Part shown: piece by piece, positions 59,103-64,000 of the stretch | Layout: each line of letters opens with the position of its first letter | How positions within the stretch are numbered: the first letter of the stretch is position 1 | Assembly (NCBI GenBank): GCA_022574255.1 | Contig: JACZSK010000005.1 | Span: forward strand, 441-64,440 | Direction of reading: 5' to 3' | DNA from: Pseudomonadota bacterium | GTDB taxonomy: Bacteria > Pseudomonadota > Alphaproteobacteria > Sphingomonadales > SMXR01 | Length of the DNA: 64,000 bases | Program-made: the position numbers and the translations under genes | The notes under the pieces: generated by a model | What the model saw: only the letters and a program-made list of their open reading frames with translations | What the model was told of the DNA's origin: nothing | Database searches by the model: none

Positions 59103-60212
59103 CTACTCGAAACCGGCCGGGGCGGGGGCCGCTCTGTCGGTCAGAGCCGTGACCTTGAACAACGCGCCCATGGCATCGGCGCTCGTCAAACGCTCCAGTG
59201 CGGTCTCAATATCACGTCGTTGATCCGGGTCGGCGTTTTTGCTCAGTTTGCGCGCGCGCTCTTCGATTCCCAGCGAAGCGAGAAACGCACCCTGGGTTTC
59301 CGGGCCGTGGACCGCAGCACCGGCGCCGCTCGCAGCTTGAGCCAGCGCCGCGAAATCCACATGGGCGGACAGGTCGGCCTCTCCAGGCTGTTCCAGCACC
59401 TCGGCATACTGGTGGCCGCGAACGGCCTGCAGGGTATCACCCAGGCCCGGCGCGCTGTGGCCATAGTCAATGATCAGGGCGGCGCCGCCGCTCTTCGCCA
59501 GGCGACCGGCGATTTCCCGGATGATGGCCGTGCCGGTGGGTGAAGTCTCGAAGATTTCGCCCGGCCGGGCTGTAATATTGAGATCTGCGGCTTTTTCGCC
59601 GCTTGTGAATCGCAATTCGCCGTCCTCAACGCCAACCATGCGCTGGCGCCAGCCCTCGCCGGTCATGACAAACTGCTTGACCGGCATCGCGTCGAAGAAT
59701 TCGTTGGCGACCAGCAACAATGGCCCTTCCGGGACCTGGTCCAGGGTCTCGCACCAGCTGGCCGACAGGCGTTTCCGTTGCTCGGCCATCAATATTGGAC
59801 TGGCTTCAACCAGATGCAGATCAATGGCGCTCAGGAATTCGGGCACCACCGCCATGGCGCGCAAGGCATCGGCCATTAAAGTACCCCGCCCCGGGCCCAG
59901 TTCCACCAGCCGTACCGGGTCGGGCTTGCCCATGCGCCGCCATTCGTTGGCCAGCCACAGGCCGATCAGTTCGCCAAACATCTGGCTGACCTCGGGTGCG
60001 GTAATGAAATCGCCGCCGCGCTCCCCATCCCGGCCCCCGGAGCGCTTTCCGCCAAGCCCCAGAGGATCGCGGGTCATGTAATAGCCAAACTCGGGGTCGG
60101 TCAGCGCGGCGCGCATGTATTCATCGACGCCTATGGGCCCCTCAGCCGCAATCAGCCGGATCAGGCGGTCCTTCAGGGGTGCTGTCTTTTCGCGCTGGCG
60201 CGGGCTGGCCAT
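59103..60212 (-). CDS. Class I SAM-dependent methyltransferase, MidA/NDUFAF7 (DUF185) family
   Basis: GPIGVDEYMRAAL, DFITAPEVSQMFGELIG and LVELGPGRGTLMAD. The start was trimmed to ATG 60212, directly after the lgt stop codon. Confidence 0.8.
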   Translation of the reverse strand: MASPRQREKTAPLKDRLIRLIAAEGPIGVDEYMRAALTDPEFGYYMTRDPLGLGGKRSGGRDGERGGDFITAPEVSQMFGELIGLWLANEWRRMGKPDPVRLVELGPGRGTLMADALRAMAVVPEFLSAIDLHLVEASPILMAEQRKRLSASWCETLDQVPEGPLLLVANEFFDAMPVKQFVMTGEGWRQRMVGVEDGELRFTSGEKAADLNITARPGEIFETSPTGTAIIREIAGRLAKSGGAALIIDYGHSAPGLGDTLQAVRGHQYAEVLEQPGEADLSAHVDFAALAQAASGAGAAVHGPETQGAFLASLGIEERARKLSKNADPDQRRDIETALERLTSADAMGALFKVTALTDRAAPAPAGFE

Positions 60213-60219
60213 GGCCGCA

Positions 60220-61041
60220 TTATCCCTGTGCGCGGACCGCCCGGATGCTGCGATGGACCAGCCAGGCGCCGAACAGGACCATCGGCAGGGACAGAATCTG
60301 GCCCATGGTGATGAAGCCGCCAAAGTATCCCAGATGGGCATCGGGCACGCGCACATATTCCAGCCCGAAGCGCGACAGGCCATAGATAATCCAGAACGCG
60401 CCCGCCGTCATGCCAGGGTAATCGCCGGCCCTGGTTTTTCTGAACATGTAATTGCAGACCACGAAAATAACGATCCCTTCGAAGAAGCCTTCGTAAAGCT
60501 GACTGGGGTGGCGCGGCTCGGGGCCGCCGGTGGGAAAATACATGGCCCAGGGCACATCCGAAACTTTCCCCCAAAGCTCGCCATTGATGAAATTGGCAAG
60601 CCGCCCGAACAGCAGTGACGGTGGTACCGCACAAGCCAGCAGGTCCGCCATGCGGTATTTGTCGATCTTGTATTTACGGGTAAAAATCAGGACCGCGACT
60701 GTGACGCCCAGCAGACCACCGTGAAACGACATGCCGCCGTCCCATAACTGCAGAATTTGAAGCGGGTGCGAGGCGAAATAGGCCGGATTATAGAAAAGCA
60801 CATAGCCTAGCCGACCGCCGAATATGACGCCCAATGTTCCCCACAGCAGGAAGTCGTCGACATGCTGGCGCGTCATCGGCGCATTGCGCTCCGCCAGCAT
60901 GCGAATAACGATCCACCAGGTCAGCAGCAGGCCGGCAATATAGGCGACTGAATACCAGCGCAGCGCGAACCAGCCCCATTGGAATATGATCGGATCGATA
61001 TCGTGATAGGGCAGGGCGGCGACGGCAAGATATGTGAGCAT
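60220..61041 (-). CDS. lgt: Prolipoprotein diacylglyceryl transferase
   Basis: FALRWYSVAYIAG, GGRLGYVLFY, GGMSFHGG, GRLANFINGELWG and HPSQLYE. The start was trimmed to ATG 61041. Confidence 0.9.
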   Translation of the reverse strand: MLTYLAVAALPYHDIDPIIFQWGWFALRWYSVAYIAGLLLTWWIVIRMLAERNAPMTRQHVDDFLLWGTLGVIFGGRLGYVLFYNPAYFASHPLQILQLWDGGMSFHGGLLGVTVAVLIFTRKYKIDKYRMADLLACAVPPSLLFGRLANFINGELWGKVSDVPWAMYFPTGGPEPRHPSQLYEGFFEGIVIFVVCNYMFRKTRAGDYPGMTAGAFWIIYGLSRFGLEYVRVPDAHLGYFGGFITMGQILSLPMVLFGAWLVHRSIRAVRAQG

Positions 61042-61221
61042 GGGCGACTTTCTCCTTGAGCCGGTAAACGCCGTGATCATGCGGGCCGGAACTGTGATGT
61101 CAAGCGCCGCGGCGGGATTTTGCCGGTAAAGCATTGGTGATGCTTGCGCAGCACAACTTTCGCTTTTCAACGGGCCTCCGAGCCCCCATATTTGGCGGAG
61201 AACAGATTCCGGGAGTTTCCA

Positions 61222-61491
61222 ATGCAGACCGACAATCCGATTATCGACGATATTGCAAAGCTCGCCTCGGGTGCCGCCGGCACCCTGCACGGCATGCGCC
61301 AGGAAATCGAGGCGACGGTAAAGGCGCGGATCGAGCGGCTGGCCGGCAGCATGGATCTGGTTCCGCGGGAGGAATTCGAGGTCGTGCGCGCCATGGCGCA
61401 GAAGGCCCGCGAGGAAAATGAAGCCTTGATCGCGCGCGTCGATGCCCTGGAAAAGAAGCTCAAGGCAAAAGCCGGGAAAAGCGCCAGCTAG
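61222..61491 (+). CDS. UbiK/BMFP (YqiC) family coiled-coil accessory protein
   Basis: MQTDNPIIDDIAKLASGAAGTLHGMRQEIEATVKARIERL...LVPREEFEVVRAMAQKAREENEAL. The start was trimmed to ATG 61222. Confidence 0.7.
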   Translation: MQTDNPIIDDIAKLASGAAGTLHGMRQEIEATVKARIERLAGSMDLVPREEFEVVRAMAQKAREENEALIARVDALEKKLKAKAGKSAS

Positions 61492-61504
61492 CCGCGCTCC
61501 GAAC

Positions 61505-61546
61505 GGTTCCGGCCCCGCCGGATTCGGTTCCGGCCCCGCCGGATTC
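61505..61546. repeat. Perfect 21-bp tandem duplication downstream of the UbiK-like gene
   Basis: The unit ggttccggccccgccggattc occurs twice (61505-61525 and 61526-61546). Each unit contains a TCCGG/CCGGA mini-hairpin and a GATTC (GANTC) site. Confidence 0.85.
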
Positions 61547-61748
61547 AAGGTTATCCACAAGAAATTTGACGCCCGATCAATATTCGGCTTGCCCCGGACT
61601 CGCTCTGATGGCAGGCTACATATTGTAGGTGGGGTGCTGAAAATACGATATCTTGTGGCATGGCCCAGTGAATTTGGCGTTCGTTGGCCATTCCGGGCCG
61701 ATTACGGACCGCACGGGTCCATTGCGGGCCAAGGCGCGGGGATGAAAA

Positions 61749-62258
61749 ATGACAAGCCTTTACGTCGATAGTCCAACTGGCAGCGGGCCTAACCCGCTGG
61801 ACCTGATCGAGCAACTGTTGGGTTCCAACGAATGGCCCTTCGAGCGGGTCACCGATGACGAAATTACCGCCTCGGTAACCGGCAAATGGTGTGAGTATCA
61901 CATGCGCTTTTTCTGGCGCGAAGATGGGCGCGTGCTGCAGACAGCCTGTGTGTTCGACGCCCGCATTCCCGACCCGCGCCGGGCCAAGATATTTGAAACC
62001 CTGGCACTGATAAACGAGCGCATGTGGGTTGGCCATTTTGAAATCTGGTCCGACGAGAATGTTCTGATGTATCGCCATGCCACGATTGCGGATGCCGAAG
62101 CCGTAGGCATCAGCCCCGAAGTGTGCGAGACCCTGATTGAAACCGCGTTGAGCGAGTGCGAACGCTTCTTTCCCGTATTTCAGTTTGTTATCTGGGCAGG
62201 GAAGGAGCCGGCGGAAGCGATTGAATCCGCGTTGCTGGAAACTGTCGGCGAAGCCTGA
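61749..62258 (+). CDS. YbjN-domain protein
   Basis: 169 aa. The acidic, chaperone-like composition and the position directly upstream of proC are typical of alphaproteobacterial YbjN-family genes. Family assignment is by resemblance. Confidence 0.65.
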   Translation: MTSLYVDSPTGSGPNPLDLIEQLLGSNEWPFERVTDDEITASVTGKWCEYHMRFFWREDGRVLQTACVFDARIPDPRRAKIFETLALINERMWVGHFEIWSDENVLMYRHATIADAEAVGISPEVCETLIETALSECERFFPVFQFVIWAGKEPAEAIESALLETVGEA

Positions 62259-62320
62259 CATAGTCGCCAAAGCCTGACATATTACCCATAGAGCCGCCCG
62301 TCATGGGCGGAGGGATATCC

Positions 62321-63157
62321 ATGTTTGATGAAATTACAAAGAAACGCCCGCTGGTTCTCGTGGGCTGCGGAAAAATGGGCGGCGCGTTGCTGGATGGCTG
62401 GCTAAAAGCCGGTCTGGCGGCAGCTTGCGCGCTGGTTGTTGAGCCCGCGGGCAAGGAGGCTGTCGCAGGCGGCCTTAAGGGGATCAAGCTGTTTTCCAGC
62501 GCTGACGATCTTCCGCCGAATTTGGCTCCGCGCATTATTGTGCTGGCGGTCAAGCCCCAGATCATGGGTGACATCCTGCCGCTGCTGAGTAAATGGGGTG
62601 GTGGGGATGCGCTGATTTTATCGATCGCAGCGGGGTTTCGCGCGCTGGGGATCAGTGAGGTGCTGGGCGAGGGCACGCCGATTATCCGCGCCATGCCCAA
62701 TACACCAGCGGCGGTGGGCAAAGGCATTTCCGCGGCGGTGCGCAGCGCCAGTGCCAGCAGCCAGGATCACGCGCTGGTCGAAGAACTGCTGGACGCCGTC
62801 GGCGAAGTCGTCTGGGTGAAAAGCGAAGACGATCTGGACGCGGTGACTGGCCTTTCGGGATCGGGGCCCGCATACGTTTTTCACCTCGTTGAGGCTATGG
62901 CTGCGGGGGGAGAGGCCGCCGGCCTGGACAAGGATGTGGCCTGCGAGCTGGCGCGGCAGACGATTATTGGCGCCGCAGCCCTGCTTGAGACCAGCGGCGA
63001 GGATGCCAGGACATTGCGCCGCAACGTAACAAGCCCGAAGGGAACCACCGAAGCGGCTCTGGAAATTCTGATGGCGGAAAATGGCCTGGGCGACCTGATG
63101 CGCAGGACCATTCGAGCCGCCACCAGGCGCGGAAGAGAGTTGTCCGGTGGGGGCTGA
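62321..63157 (+). CDS. proC: Pyrroline-5-carboxylate reductase
   Basis: LVGCGKMGGALL, AVKPQ, RAMPNTPA and SPKGTTEAAL. ATG 62321 (GGAGGGA 5 nt upstream) is preferred over the track start 62303. Confidence 0.9.
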   Translation: MFDEITKKRPLVLVGCGKMGGALLDGWLKAGLAAACALVVEPAGKEAVAGGLKGIKLFSSADDLPPNLAPRIIVLAVKPQIMGDILPLLSKWGGGDALILSIAAGFRALGISEVLGEGTPIIRAMPNTPAAVGKGISAAVRSASASSQDHALVEELLDAVGEVVWVKSEDDLDAVTGLSGSGPAYVFHLVEAMAAGGEAAGLDKDVACELARQTIIGAAALLETSGEDARTLRRNVTSPKGTTEAALEILMAENGLGDLMRRTIRAATRRGRELSGGG

Positions 63158-63201
63158 ATCTGCTAAGGGGTCTCGGGCTTTGGTTCATATGGAGAATTCA
63201 G

Positions 63202-64000
63202 GTGGCGGGTGCTGAACAGCCGTTCGATGATCGCGACGGCAAAATCTGGTTTGATGGCGAACTGGTCGACTGGCGGGACGCAAAAGTTCATATACTGACC
63301 CATGCGTTGCATTACGCCAGCTCGGTTTTCGAAGGGGCGCGGGCCTACAGCGGCACGGTCTTCAAGCTGCGTGAACATAATGAGCGCCTGATTGCCTCGG
63401 CCGAAATGCTGGGCATGACCATGACGCAGTCCGTGGAAGAACTGGATGAGGCGGTCATCCAGACCCTGAAGGCAAACAACCTGACCGATGCCTATGTCCG
63501 CCCGCTTGTCTGGCGCGGGGCCGAGCAGATGGGCGTTGCCGCAGAGCGTGCGACCATCCATCATTCCGTCGCGGTCTGGTCCTGGCCTTCGTATTTCTCG
63601 CCGGAAGCCCGGGAAAAAGGTCTCAGGCTGATGATCGCAGACTGGAAACGCCCATCGCCGGAGACCATTCCGACCAAGGCCAAGGCGGCGGGGCTCTATA
63701 TGATATGCACGCTGACCAAGCACAAGGCGACCGCTGAGGGCTACGACGATGCGCTGATGATGGACTGGCGCGGCCGGGTGGCGGAATGCACGGGCGCCAA
63801 TATCTTTTTCCGCCAGGGCGACGTGTTGCACACGCCCACACCGGATTGTTTCCTGGACGGTATTACCCGGCGCACGGCGATGGAGCTTGCCCGCGCCCGC
63901 GGTATCGAGGTCGTTGAGAGGACGATCATGCCGGAGGAAATGGCGGATTTTGAAGAATGTTTTATCACCGGCACGGCGGCCGAAATTACGCCGATCGGCG
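63202..64000 (+). CDS. ilvE: Branched-chain amino acid aminotransferase (3' end runs off the window)
   Basis: My own translation from GTG 63202 (GGAGA 6 nt upstream) gives VAGAEQPFDDRDGKIWFDGELVDWRDAKVHILTHALHYASSVFEGARAY...KAAGLYMICTL...ECTGANIFF...GITRRT...FITGTAAEITPIG. It is absent from the ORF track because no stop lies inside the window. Confidence 0.88.
   Translation, partial: MAGAEQPFDDRDGKIWFDGELVDWRDAKVHILTHALHYASSVFEGARAYSGTVFKLREHNERLIASAEMLGMTMTQSVEELDEAVIQTLKANNLTDAYVRPLVWRGAEQMGVAAERATIHHSVAVWSWPSYFSPEAREKGLRLMIADWKRPSPETIPTKAKAAGLYMICTLTKHKATAEGYDDALMMDWRGRVAECTGANIFFRQGDVLHTPTPDCFLDGITRRTAMELARARGIEVVERTIMPEEMADFEECFITGTAAEITPIG

Overview
GC-rich (about 60% by eye) core-chromosome segment with clear alphaproteobacterial hallmarks: ccrM next to rnhB and mutY, CIRCE-groESL, separate petABC, the lgt / MidA-like methyltransferase / pgeF cluster, and DUF1285-NUDIX-cca lying divergent from a MoxR operon. 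It is densely packed, with about 60 protein genes and one tRNA-Gln(UUG). Two genes run off the window edges and are missing from the ORF track: smc at the left edge (GTG start at 3310) and ilvE at the right edge (GTG start at 63202). Many track ORFs begin at the most upstream ATG/GTG/TTG. I trimmed those starts where a Shine-Dalgarno sequence, a neighbouring gene or the family N-terminus supported a shorter model. Most of the window is housekeeping: replication and repair, respiration, translation, chaperones, and isoprenoid, heme and proline metabolism. I found no integrase, transposase, CRISPR array, prophage or recognisable phage-defence island, so I cannot support a claim of a clearly new system. 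The least ordinary parts are: (1) a yjbEFGH/gfcABCD-like surface-polysaccharide export module (17.4-26.5 kb) with unusually large, internally reiterated components, a rearranged gene order and an adjacent WecA/MraY-family protein whose catalytic motifs look degenerate; (2) a four-gene MoxR / DUF58 / DUF4159 / VWA-like membrane operon (37.4-44.3 kb) of unknown function; (3) a 278-bp element bounded by 35-bp imperfect inverted repeats between prs and rplY; (4) two structured, gene-poor spacers (7.82-8.56 kb and 28.26-28.57 kb); and (5) a GANTC-rich palindrome upstream of ccrM. Several short perfect tandem duplications (9-21 bp) sit at or inside gene boundaries. Every family assignment comes from reading motifs in the translations, not from database searches.
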